A DNA stretch of 64,000 nucleotides. Source: Selaginella moellendorffii (Eukaryota > Plantae > Lycopodiophyta). The notes under the pieces were generated by a model. That model saw nothing but the letters and a program-made list of their open reading frames with translations. It had not been told where the DNA came from and did not search any database. The stretch is taken from the NCBI RefSeq assembly GCF_000143415.4, contig NW_003314358.1:605109-669108 (forward strand). Reading direction: 5' to 3'. The position numbers and the translations under genes were made by a program. Positions 49,620 to 61,000 of this stretch are shown here, one piece after another. Each line of letters starts with the position of its first letter. Positions within the stretch are counted from its first letter, which is position 1.

Positions 49620-50519
49620 CTAGTAGTCATCGTCGGATTTGTACCTCCCATACTTGTCCCTGTTAAGCATATTCTCCACGAACCCGGGAGGATAATCATC
49701 CTTGTTCCTCTCCGCCTCCTCCAGCGCCAGCTTCTTGGCAAACTTCATCACCGCGCGGCTGTCCACCACAATCCACGTCTCCTTTGGATCCAGCTCGCAC
49801 AAGTTCCTCTTGATGTCGCTGGGAGCCTCCGGGATCATCACTCCATACGCGCTACACTTGTCCAAAAACCTCTCGAAATCCTTCTGGCTGTCCAGCTTGA
49901 ATTGCATCGCTCGCCCCAGCGCGATGAACTTCATCACCTTTCCAATGTTGTCATAGTGTGGCGGCGGCTCCTTGGGCTTCTCCTCCACCGCAGCGGCGGC
50001 GTAGGGGGATTGATCGTAGCTTTGCTGCTGCTGCGATGGATCATACTGGGACTGATCGTATTGCTGGTACTGCTGGGATTGATCGTAGCCTTCGTAGTAC
50101 TGCTGCTCGTCGTACTCCTGGTCGTAGCTCCCTCCATCCATCTCGTACTGAGCTTGGCCTCCATCCATCTCGTATTGAGCTTGGCCTCCATCCATCTGGT
50201 ACTGAGCTTGATCTCCTTGCGGGATTTCTGGATTCGCTACTGGAGGAGGAGCCTCCTCTTCTACCACTGGAGAAAACTCGGCTTCGATTACCTCGCCGGT
50301 GCCATAGCTGCTGCTCCTGGGGCAATGCCGAGCGAGCAATGCTGCCCTCATTCCTCCCAAAGCTCCTCCTCCTCCCATTCTTAGCAGCAGCGGCCTGGAG
50401 CAAGAGAGATTCAACACACCTTTCACGGAATGCGGCATTGTAATCGCCGTGGAGCGCGTGGGAGTGGCAACAGCAGGATTTGTAGTAGCAGCAGGGCTCA
50501 CCGCCAGCGCCATCGCCAT
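49620..50519 (-). CDS. Uncharacterised protein with a transit-peptide-like N-terminus and Gln/Tyr/Asp-rich repeats
   Basis: Single ORF of about 299 aa; Ala/Thr/Ser-rich N-terminus; 3x QAQY(E/Q)MDGG; globular-looking C-terminus; telo-box upstream. Confidence 0.75.
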   Translation of the reverse strand: MAMALAVSPAATTNPAVATPTRSTAITMPHSVKGVLNLSCSRPLLLRMGGGGALGGMRAALLARHCPRSSSYGTGEVIEAEFSPVVEEEAPPPVANPEIPQGDQAQYQMDGGQAQYEMDGGQAQYEMDGGSYDQEYDEQQYYEGYDQSQQYQQYDQSQYDPSQQQQSYDQSPYAAAAVEEKPKEPPPHYDNIGKVMKFIALGRAMQFKLDSQKDFERFLDKCSAYGVMIPEAPSDIKRNLCELDPKETWIVVDSRAVMKFAKKLALEEAERNKDDYPPGFVENMLNRDKYGRYKSDDDY

Positions 50520-50960
50520 CGCCAATTCCAGATAAACCCTAAAACCCCAAAACAAAATATCTGGCTGCTCAAGAGATTCGAACTCGAAAGCTGTTAAACC
50601 TTTAGTTTAGAACTAATGATTGCTCATTTAGGTGTTTGTTAAAACCAACCTGGTGCCGCCAACTTTGTTTTAGTCTAACATTTGATATGTGAGTCTGTGA
50701 TTCATTAAACACATTCGCTGTTACGCCTGCGTTCTTATCTTGATCTCGTTGGTTGCCGCCTCCAAAAACCGAGACGGTGGTGGAAATAGGTTGACCGTAT
50801 CGTATTCGTCCACTCCCAGTACAAAAACATGCCATTGGAGCAGGATCGACTGTAGAGCTTCTTCTCCGTCTCTTTTTCTTTTCGAGAGTACTCTAGCTAG
50901 AGCGAAGTGTATATGTAGTCAGTATAGATAGCGTATTTCCAGCAATCCATCGCTCGATCT

Positions 50961-51579
50961 ATGATGTCTCGCTTCATCGTCTTTGGTTTGGTGCTAGTGT
51001 TTGCAGCCACCGCTATGGCTACTCGACCTCTCAAGGGCTCCACAGGCAAGTCTTAAGGCCATTTGTTTATGATTCTTTTTTATGGCGTTTCTATCTCGTT
51101 TTCCCTCTTTTTTTTTCGATCCATCATGGTTGCTTCGTTTCGTTTCATACTTTTTTGTTGTTGGCTCTCGATATTTGGCTAAATAATGTCGAGAAGTCTT
51201 TTGTTTTGAGTTCACTCTTGAAACTCCCGATTTTCTTTGCCTCTGGCTAAGTCCTCGTCTTGTTTCAGCAGTGACAAGTACCAAGAGTGAAGCCAATGGC
51301 ATGACGAGTGCTGGATCCGTTGCTGAATCCGACGCTGCTGGCAATGATGCAGAAACTGCTGTAAGATTTATCCCGTTAAGTCTTGTGATCACGATTTTTA
51401 AACGCTCTTTTATACTACAGGAGGCGTATGATCGAAAGGAAGAATCGCAGTGTGATGATGAGCAGCAAGAGCAGCCTAATGTCGACTACATTTACGATGG
51501 ATATGATCGGAGGAAGTCACAGCACTGCCACCGCCGCCACCCGTCAGGACCAGATCTCTTCGAAGCGGCAGCCCCGTGA
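50961..51579 (+). CDS. Secreted phytosulfokine-like precursor B (about 111 aa, 3 exons, NVDYIYDGY...RRHPSGPD)
   Basis: Exons 50961-51045, 51269-51360 and 51421-51579 are in frame; GC-AG first intron with a NAGNAG acceptor; signal peptide MMSRFIVFGLVLVFAATAMATRP; paralogue of 11352-11806. Confidence 0.8.
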
Positions 51580-51875
51580 AAAAGCTTCCTAACACATCTC
51601 CATGTTTATAGTGTTGTAACTTTCTTGTAAAGAATTGTAAAGTCTCTTTGAAAAGATCTTTCCTTTTGTATCTTTCTGATCTGATTGTTTGGAAAAACTT
51701 TATATTTGGCTACTCGAAGAAAGCTCGCCACTCTCTGATCTCCCGGATCTATGTGTGCATGCATAAAGGATTTAAGCCGTCATTGGTGACTGCGTTTAAA
51801 GCCCAAAGATCTGAGGATTTAATTGGAAATCTCTCAAGATTCCGATATTCTGTCACTAATGTATAACAACCTGTT

Positions 51876-52290
51876 ATGAAGTCCATAAAACTCTGCTCGA
51901 GAGTATTCGTTCTTGTATCACTCAAACTGATCCAATCCTCTCTACCAATTTTCTTCCAGAGAGATTTTTTCCTCTATAACCAGCTCATCCAGAGCTTTGG
52001 GAGACTCGGCTGCTCCAAAGATGCCCGATCCGCTATTCTTACAATACAGTGTTGGCATTAGAAAAGTCTAAATCTTTGTTTTGTGGAACTCTGTGATTGC
52101 GGCATATACCAATCTTGGTAGCGCAAAGTCTACCTTTGACAACACTCCCTGGTGAAATCTAGTCACGTGTCCTGATCTCAGGTGGGCAAGTCGACGTGGC
52201 AAAATTAATCACTTATATGTATGAATGTATATATGTGAGATATATGAGATGCCAGTGAGAGACAATCCATGGTGTGTGGATATACAAAAT
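51876..52290 (+). pseudogene. Deleted partial copy of the PPR gene at 53883
   Basis: SLKLIQSSLPIFFQRD...QLIQSFGRLGCSKDARS and later patches match 53930-54840 with large deletions. Confidence 0.85.
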
Positions 52291-53882
52291 TTGTCAAAAT
52301 GTTTTCAATCTAAGCTGCTTGGATTAGTCACAGGATGAGATCGTACGTGCTTTATCATTCTGCCCGATGACGTCACGTGGAGCAGTGGCAGCGCAGCATG
52401 AGGAATACGAGCAGAACAATATCTCTCTAAAATTTCTTAATAGCCCTTCACTATTTTCAACAATTAGCGTCTTCGAGAAACTCTACCGTCAAAAGTTGCT
52501 CAGTCAAAACAAAGAGAAAGTGAATAGTGCAATATTCGTCTGCTACCACAAGATTGACACTCCAACCCTCAGCATATCATTCCACGAGAATGCACATCTG
52601 CTACCACAAGATTGACAATCCCAGCATATTAATCCACGAGAATACACATACGCCTTAAATCTACTCATCATATAGCATTCTCATGGCTTGTTATGTACTT
52701 TTCAGACTCTCCACCTTTACAACCAGTTGGATAAATGGACTATAAATAAACTTATATTGATTTCTCTGTGATCTTCACTCTCTTCCAAGCCATCACAAAT
52801 GTTTTGCAGCAGCCTCTAGAATTTCTTACGTGAGTGAAGAGGTTGATCTTAATATTATATTTAAAGGGATAAAGCTACTGTTTACAAATAAAAAATAAAA
52901 AAAATTAATATCGTAAGATTATCCTAGCAATGTTATTCTTTGTTTTCTCATACCCCTATATTAGAGTTTGTTTGCTTCATGAACAAGTAGGTGTTTTCTA
53001 ACTTGCGAGTTTTACAAATGCCAACCAAAAATGTGAATAATAATGAAAATAATGAACAAAAAAATAATGAAAATCATGGAAAAATAAATGTACTGATCCT
53101 GAGCATAGAGAAGTTGCTAAAAAATGTCTTCAAGTTGGAATAGCCAAGAAAGATCATAGAAGCAAGAAGGAGTTTGCCACCTTCTTGGGTAAATTGGGCA
53201 ACAAAATCTTTAGGCAATTGTGAACAGATCTATTTGTCAATGGATTAGCTCACAAACTTTTGGCTTTTTTGAAAGGATCAACTGTGAAAACATGCTTTCT
53301 AGAAAGGGAGAATTCTTCCTAAGTAGCAAGAGTAATCATGGATCTTATGTTTTGAGATGAAGAATTGCATAGAAGTCTTTTGATAAATCTTTGCAACTTT
53401 CAACTGATAAGGAGAACTCACGTATCTGAGTAAATATTCGGAAACATCCTTCAGCTTCTTCCTCTTCATTGTCTAAACCATTCATGGATGAACTTAACTG
53501 AGATATTGCTGCTGGAGGAAGATTTCTGTGAATATTGGAGGGCAGATTTTGGCATTCCAATCTTATAGTGTCATTGAGCACAAGCAACCACCCACGAGCA
53601 ATCCCGTCCGTGAATGTGAGAGATTGCACCACAAGACCATAAGCAGCATATAGATAGATAGATATTTTGCAATATATGAATGCAAGAAATGCAAAGTGTC
53701 TTGAGCACCAAAGGTTCTTGTTTTGAAAAATCTAAAATGCAGTATATTTTAAAATTATAAGATTAATTTTTTTTAAACACTTACATTCTTAATTAATAAG
53801 AATAACCTTAAAATCCTTAAGGTTTAAAACCTTAAAATTCTAAAATATGCTGGGAGCGTCCCAGATTTAAAATGTTGGGCGC

Positions 53883-56171
53883 ATGGATCGCCATTTCCTG
53901 CTAGAGAGCATCCGTTCTTGTAAGAGCTCGGCATCACTCAAAGTGATCCAATCATCTCTACCAATCTACTTCCAGAGGGATTCGTCCCTCTCGAACCAGC
54001 TCATCCAGAGCTTCGGGAGACTTGGGTGCTGCAAAGATGCCCGATCCGTGTTTGACGCCATGGAGTGGCGGGATTGTTTTTCATGGGACTTCATGCTCGC
54101 CGCCTACATTCGCAGTGGGGATTTGGAGGAATCAAAGCGATTCTTTTACTCCATGCCCGATCCAAGCCTCGTGTCGTGGACAGCGATCATCACCGCAACT
54201 GCCCAAAGAGAAAACTTGCGACGCGCGAGGCATTTCTTCGATGCTATGCCGAAACGAGACGTGATCTCCTGCACGGCGATGATCAAGGCGTGTTCCAACG
54301 GCGGAGACCTCGATCAAGCGCTGGAAGTTTTCAATTCTATACTTTACAAAGATCTGGTAGCGTCAAACGCAATGCTAGGCGCGGTTGCCCGTTTGGGGCA
54401 TTTTGAAGAGACTGTCTCATTCTTTCAGTCTTTGCCTTTACACGACCTCTATTCTTACAACACAGTGTTGGCAAAGGCTGATAACGTAAACGAGTCCAAA
54501 TATTTGTTTGACAAACAACCCGAAAAAGATCTTGTGACGTGGAACTCCATGATTGCGGCATATACCAAAGCCGGGGATCTTGGTAGCGCAAAGTCAACGT
54601 TTGACAATGCTCCCTTGTGGAATCTAGTCACTTGGAATTCCATGTTGGTAGGGTATATGCAAGATTGCCAAGTGGATGTGGCAAAGATAATCACTTATGA
54701 GATGCCAGAGTGGGATCTTTTCACTTGGAACGCCACACTAGCGGGATACTTCCAAAATGGGAATCTTTCTAATGCGGCAATGTTGTTCCACCAAATGCCC
54801 AAGAAAGACATTGTGACATGGAACTCCATGGTGTGTGGATATTCCCAGAGCGGGCATTTGCAAGATGCCGAGAAGATACTCCTTGCCATGCCTGAGCATG
54901 CAGTGGTGACGTGGTCGGCAATGCTGGATGCGTACGCACGAAATGGCCACGTGGACCGTGCCAAGCAGATATTTGAGAGATTTCGTACGACTCCGTACAG
55001 CCTAGCATTTGAGAATGGTATGCTAGTAGCGTATGCCCAAACTGGGAATTACATAGAAGCAAAGATTCTTTTTGATAGCATGGTACAGAAAAGCATGGTA
55101 ACCTGGAATGCCATGCTAGATGCGTGTTCCTTGGAAGAAAAGTATGATCACGTAGAAAAAATGTGGGATTCTATGCCGTATTGCGATCTAATATCATGGA
55201 ATATACGTCTGTCTACGTATGCCCAGCAAGGGGATCTGGAGAAGTCAAAGAGGTCTTTTGATTCCATGCCTGTCAAGGACATTGTCTCTTACACTTCAAT
55301 GATCACAGCTTACACCCGAAACCTAGAGCTTGAGAAAGCATGGACGCTCTTTGAATCCCTTCCCTACCACAATCTAGTTTGCTGGAATGCCATTCTTTCA
55401 GCCCATGTACACGGACGAGACATTGTGCGGCTCCAATTGTTGTTTGATCAAGCTCCTCAAAAAGATTTAGTTTCATGGAATCAACTTCTGGCAGCATATT
55501 CCAGATTGGGGGCTCTAGAACACGCAAATGCCATCTTTGAAAAAATGCCGGAGCATGACACTCTGTCTTGGACTGTTTTAAGTACAGCGTTTGGTGTGAG
55601 CGGGTACCTAGAGTACTCCAAACTCTTGTTTTATTTCATGCCAGAACGTAGCATAGTAGCGTACAATTCGATGCTATCGTCGTATTCTAGATTGGGCCAC
55701 GTTGAATTTGCGAAAGCCCTGTTTCTTGCAATGCCAGAATGGAACCTGGTTTCTTGGAGCGCTCTACTCGCGGCATATACCCAAACTGGGCATCATGCGG
55801 ATGCGTCGAGATTATTCTTGGAGCTCTCGCTGTTCGAGATTCCAGACTCTATGTGTTTTGTACTAGCCCTGGTGTCAGCGAGCCGCGTTGGTACCGTCAT
55901 GAATGGACGATGGAGATTCGTTTCGATGTGTGCCGACTTTGGAGTGACTCCGACCAAGCAGCACTACTGCTGCATTGTGGACGCCTTGAGCCGGGCGGGA
56001 TACTTGAAAGATGCCGAAGATGTTCTCAAGGAGATGCCGTTTGAGGCCGAGAATCTGGACTGGAAGTGCTTGCTTTGGAGTCGCAGAAATCACAAGTACA
56101 AGCCAATGACCCCTGTTATAAGCCTAGACTCCATGGATGGGGCTGCATACATGCTAGCCTCAAGGTTGTAA
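53883..56171 (+). CDS. PLS-class PPR protein (SS-repeat array, shortened E domain)
   Basis: 762-aa intronless ORF of repeats of about 31 aa; HYCCIVDALSRAG; short E domain ending AAYMLASRL. Confidence 0.92.
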   Translation: MDRHFLLESIRSCKSSASLKVIQSSLPIYFQRDSSLSNQLIQSFGRLGCCKDARSVFDAMEWRDCFSWDFMLAAYIRSGDLEESKRFFYSMPDPSLVSWTAIITATAQRENLRRARHFFDAMPKRDVISCTAMIKACSNGGDLDQALEVFNSILYKDLVASNAMLGAVARLGHFEETVSFFQSLPLHDLYSYNTVLAKADNVNESKYLFDKQPEKDLVTWNSMIAAYTKAGDLGSAKSTFDNAPLWNLVTWNSMLVGYMQDCQVDVAKIITYEMPEWDLFTWNATLAGYFQNGNLSNAAMLFHQMPKKDIVTWNSMVCGYSQSGHLQDAEKILLAMPEHAVVTWSAMLDAYARNGHVDRAKQIFERFRTTPYSLAFENGMLVAYAQTGNYIEAKILFDSMVQKSMVTWNAMLDACSLEEKYDHVEKMWDSMPYCDLISWNIRLSTYAQQGDLEKSKRSFDSMPVKDIVSYTSMITAYTRNLELEKAWTLFESLPYHNLVCWNAILSAHVHGRDIVRLQLLFDQAPQKDLVSWNQLLAAYSRLGALEHANAIFEKMPEHDTLSWTVLSTAFGVSGYLEYSKLLFYFMPERSIVAYNSMLSSYSRLGHVEFAKALFLAMPEWNLVSWSALLAAYTQTGHHADASRLFLELSLFEIPDSMCFVLALVSASRVGTVMNGRWRFVSMCADFGVTPTKQHYCCIVDALSRAGYLKDAEDVLKEMPFEAENLDWKCLLWSRRNHKYKPMTPVISLDSMDGAAYMLASRL

Positions 56172-56649
56172 CTTTGCGCATCGCTTCTGGAATGTTACAA
56201 ATGATGGAAGGACTTGATGCGCACCGAAACTGAAAGCATAGCAATGTAGCTTTTTGTTGATTCGTGCTTGCTGGCTGTGCTCCAAGAAACTCCCTGTCTA
56301 AATACCAGTCTGCGTTGAGCTATCTTCAATGCTGGGGAAAAATTTCTTTGGCTTGCTGATGAACCAGAGTTTACAGCTCCTAACTAACGAAAATTATAAT
56401 AGTAATGTATTTAGAGTGAAAATCTGAGTTCTATAAACAGAAGATCCCTTGCGCAGGAGGCACGGTAAGTCTTTTGGTTTGTGCTCGTTTCGCGACCTTA
56501 TGTTCCATATTGGCACTGGTAGCTAAAGTAGATTCGGTTCATGAGCAACTTGAATAGGAATTCACACAAATTTTTGAGCTTGCACGAGCTCTGAACAGTG
56601 AGGAATAATCTCTTTCAGAATTACCAAAACTGGCAGTCAGAAACTGTCG

Positions 56650-56840
56650 CAAATGGACGATTGAGATTCGTTTAGATGAGGAGTGATTCCGACCAAGCAG
56701 CACTACATTGTGGACGCCTTGAGCCACGCCAAATACTTGAATCAAGTCTATCAATCGAAGATGTTCTCACTGCAATGCCATTTGACTGGAAGTGCTTGCT
56801 TTTACGTCACAAGTACAAACCAATCTAGGGATGGGGCTGT
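56650..56840 (+). pseudogene. Duplicated 3' fragment of the preceding PPR gene
   Basis: IPTKQHYIVDALSHAKYL matches 55900-56150 with indels. Confidence 0.75.
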
Positions 56841-57011
56841 AAGCTTTCACTTCAGCATCACTTGGCCCCTATAATCCTACAACAAATGGAAGGAATCTGT
56901 ACATATCGAAGTTCAAACAATGAAGGTATCTTATGAGCTTAAAATTGGTTGATCTTGTGCTTAGTGTTCCTCCTGGAGAAATATTCTCCGTAAACCTATT
57001 GAAAAAGAATA

Positions 57012-57942
57012 TTAAACAAACTTACCAGATGATGAAAAAACTGAACAGGTAAAGAACAAAGTGCAGGATGTCAAATATCTGAAAGGTCTTGAGCTTTCCC
57101 AGTGGATTCTTCGAGCTTCTTTTGAGCCTGGGACAAGAATCCAAATCATAAAATCGCTAGTCAGCCTCAAGTTAAACTTTACCAGATAAAGTCGATAAAG
57201 CCGTGCTTGCTTCAAGAGCGTGCCTTCAGCAAGCTCCCTATCCCTTTCATCTGGCAGGAACATAATCAGTCCACCGTGCTTCCAGTGATTACCACGGTCA
57301 GTCTTTGGCACGCAAACGCAGGAACCCGTCCAATCCTCCTCGGATGCTAATCCAATTCGTTCCATCACAAAACGCTTAGCTTCGGCGGGAGTTGTTATTG
57401 GGCTCCATGCGTCTTTGATCCACTTGTTGATGTAAGTCCGAGTGGAGAATTCGCAAAATCCAGCCGCAAACTTGATCCTCTCCTGGAATAAACATTTAGT
57501 CTATGTGCGGGGATGAACAAACGTAAAACACACCTGAGAAGGATCATCCTCCAGCTCGATCTGTACTGCCTTTGGATCTTTGGATTCCATTTGCATTTCA
57601 AGAATTCTCACTTTCTCCAAGAGTCGAAGCTTGCTCCAGAGCTTTGCATCTTCCAGGTTCTCCTGTCCATGCTTTGGAAAGAACAAAACCGTGCAACCTA
57701 AAGCACAAACTCAAGAGATCCCGACAGGAGAAAAAGTTCATACCTCCGATCTTGCACCATTCCGATGCAGACGAACTCTCATATGGTGTGGGGAAGAAAG
57801 AGAAATCTCCAGTGTCACTGTGAATCTCAGCTTGGATTCTCGCCCTGGCCAGTGGAATCAAGGCCTCAACGTAGGCTCCTTTTGGAACACGTCCCGCGAT
57901 TGTTATCAGCACCTCACAGTAAGCCACCGTCACATCCGCCAT
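57012..57942 (-). CDS. Uncharacterised spliced protein (at least 3 exons)
   Basis: Three ORF pieces join in frame across two short GT-AG introns (…KIG|GCTVLFFPKH…DDPSQ|ERIKFAAG…). No family recognised; the 3' end is uncertain. Confidence 0.6.
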
Positions 57943-58022
57943 CGTCAAACCCTAGTTTTAGTACTCAATAGAGATTACTGTATATGACTAACCTTGTTGT
58001 AAAGCCCTAAACCCTGGAAGGC
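57943..58022. promoter_or_regulatory. 80-bp head-to-head spacer with telo-box-like motifs
   Basis: AAACCCTAG at about 57948 and GCCCTAAACCCT at about 58004, between two divergent ATGs. Confidence 0.5.
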
Positions 58023-61000
58023 ATGGCGATCGCGTCTCCTCTTCGCGTGGCTATGGTTGTGGATGGTGGTAGCGGCGGTCGCCGGAATAAGGCGAGGTAT
58101 GTGGACAAGAATGTAGGGAGTAGTAGCAGCAATCGATCGAGCGGTGCCGCCAAGCAGCAGCAGCAGCAGCAGCCCGCGAAATCGAAGGCCGAGCAGAGAT
58201 TTCCGCGGCAGCAGCAGCAGCAGCAGCGCCAGGTCCCAAATCCAGCTGGTTTTGTGAAGAAAGTCGATCGCTCCACGGACAAGCTCGTGAGATTTCTCTA
58301 CCAGCGGTAACGAGTCTATTCCGTTGCTTCCGTTTCTTTGCAGCATCGCTGTTTCTTTGCTTATCGACAGGTTTAAGGCTTTGAAGGATGCGAGGAATTC
58401 TTTGTGTGATCGCGATGGTTTTCTGGAGCAGCATGCTTCTGGGTGAGTTTCTTGTTTTTCTTCTCTTTTTCTTGTGTGTTTTGATGGAAATTAAAACGAA
58501 GTTCTTTCATAGATATGATATACTTGGCATGCGACACCACTTCTTTCATTACGTGGAATACTTCGAATGGGCTCCAGGTAAACTTTCGACACTGGAAAAC
58601 TGCTCTACTTTTGAAGTTTTTTTTTTCACCAAAGTTTTCACGCAGGAGCAACGTCTTGTTCGCTCATTGGAGACTTCAACAATTGGGATTGCACGAAAAA
58701 CCGCGCTGAGAAAGGCTACTTTGGCCGAGACGACTATGGCACCTGGAGAATCACCGTGGAAGACAAGCTGCGAGAGGGCCAAGAGAAAGATCCTCACTGG
58801 CAAGAGTACAACTATTCAGTCGAATACGATCGAGGTGACGGGGATATAGACATCGAGGCACTCTACCAAAAGATGGAGGACGAGTACTGGGAGCCTGGAG
58901 AGGACCAGTACTTGAAAGACACACGGCCTTTCGAGGAGGCTCTTTTCAAGTCGATCTTTGGGGAAAACTTCGGCTGCATCAAAGTTGGAAAGGAGGAGGA
59001 AGTAAACGAACTGGCCTACAACACCGAAGACGAGGAAACCATGGACTACTCCAAGTTTCCACCGGGTTACGAGGAATGGGTGAAGAAAACCGATCAAGCT
59101 CACTTGCCTCCGCTCAAGCAGGATCCAACGCGTTACAGCGAGCCGACAGTGGTCGATGATCCAGTGTGGAGGGAGCGAGTTTTAGCGAAGAAGCCACCAC
59201 TTCCAATCTGGGAGTATACCGTCAAGGGGTTCAAAGCTTGGGAGAAGAAGTACCTTCCTGCGATTCCTCACGGCTCTCGTGTGAGAGTTTACTTCAAAAC
59301 TCCGGAAGGTCCCGTGGAGCGAGTTCCAGCATGGGCAAAGTATGTTCTTCCTGGTAAGCAAAGAAAAACTCTTTCTTACTGGATTTCTTGTGAACTTTTC
59401 CTGGCAGATCCGGATGGAAAGATGTGGAGTGCGGTGTATTGGGAACCGCCTATCCAGGAGAGGCACCAGTGGCAGCACGAGAGACCAAAGCCTCCAAAGT
59501 CGCTTCGAATTTACGAGTGTCACGTTGGTATGAGCAGTGAAGAGGCCGGGATCTCTACATTCAAGCGTTTCAGTCAGGCAAGAAAAGAGTGGCTGGCATT
59601 TTCCAAGTAGCTCGTTTTGCTATCTTCCAACTTGGCTCAGGAGGTTCTTCCACACGTAAAAAAGTGTGGCTACAACGTTGTGCAGCTCATGGGAGTGCAA
59701 GAACATGTCGACTACTCCAGTGTTGGTTACAAGGTTTTCTCGTTCTCACTTAACAAAACATTCAAACTTAAGGCTTTGTTTATATCCAGGTGACGAACCA
59801 ATTTGCTGTGAGTAGTCGGTTTGGAACTCCAGAAGATTTCAAGTTTCTGGTCGATACTGCGCATGGTATGTTTCATTTGGACGAGAAAATATGACTTCTT
59901 TCCTGTGATGTGATGTAGGACTGGGATTGCTCGTTTTTATGGATATTGTCCACTCTCACGTTGCTCCTGACGAAGTATGTGGACTGGCAATGTTTGATGG
60001 CGCAAACGATTGTTTCTTACATGTAGGTGAGTTTCTATCACTTATACTTCCGTTCCTTTGTTAACACTTGCAATGTATCCTCAGGAAAAAGGGGCCACCA
60101 TAAACGCTGGGGAACGCGCTTATTCAAGTATGGAGAGCACGAAGTAAAGCGGTTTTTACTGTCAAACTTGAAGTGGTTAGTAATTGTTTAGTTCCTTCTT
60201 CTTCTTCATCTTTTTTCTGTTTTTGTTTTGACAAGCTCAATGCAGGTGGGTTGAAGAGTATCGCATTGATGGCTTTTACTTCCATTCGGTTGGCTCCATG
60301 CTCTACACACACAATGGCTTCGCAAAATTTACTGGAAGCCTTGACGAGTAATTTTCTTTTCACAAATTCGCTCAAACCATTAAATGTTGTATCTTCAGGT
60401 ATTGCAACCAATATGTCAATGTGGACGCACACATTTACTTGATCCTTGCAAATGAGCTTCTTCACAATCTTACGCCTCGTATTATCACCATTGCTGAAGA
60501 TGTGAGTGACTTTGTTGTAGTTTCACTGACTTCTTCAACTTTTGTTTATATGACTTAGGCAACATTGTTTCCCGGGTTGTGTGCCCCTCATGAGCAAGGT
60601 GGTTTTGGTTTTGACTATTACGTAAGCACAGCTCCTTCCGATATGTGGCTATATCTCATAGAAAAAGTTCCTTTGGAGGAATGGAGTGTTAAGCAGGTTT
60701 GTTGTTCCTTCAAAACTTAAGATTTATTTGTCTTCTTCCTCAGATAGCTGAAAGCCTGCTCAAAATCTCCAATTCAGATGGCAAAGCTCTGGTGTATGTG
60801 GAGAATCACAGCCAGGTAAACAACTAGTTTTCTTTTCACTGGATAAAAACTATTGTGTGATCTCGTGTTATAGTCCATCTCTGGCGGGAAATCTCTCTTC
60901 CAAGCACTTATTGAGAAGAATGTGGAATACCCGGATGCTGTAAACATGCTCAGGAGTGTTTCCATGATAAAAGTATATACGTTTCATACTTTGGTTTTGA

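Noticed and set aside
52535-52650. Two-copy repeat of about 57 bp, considered as CRISPR-like or regulatory
   Set aside because: Only a simple tandem duplication without spacers, in a eukaryotic context.
52950-53700. Coding-like stretch, possibly a transposon relic
   Set aside because: No diagnostic motif or termini recognised.
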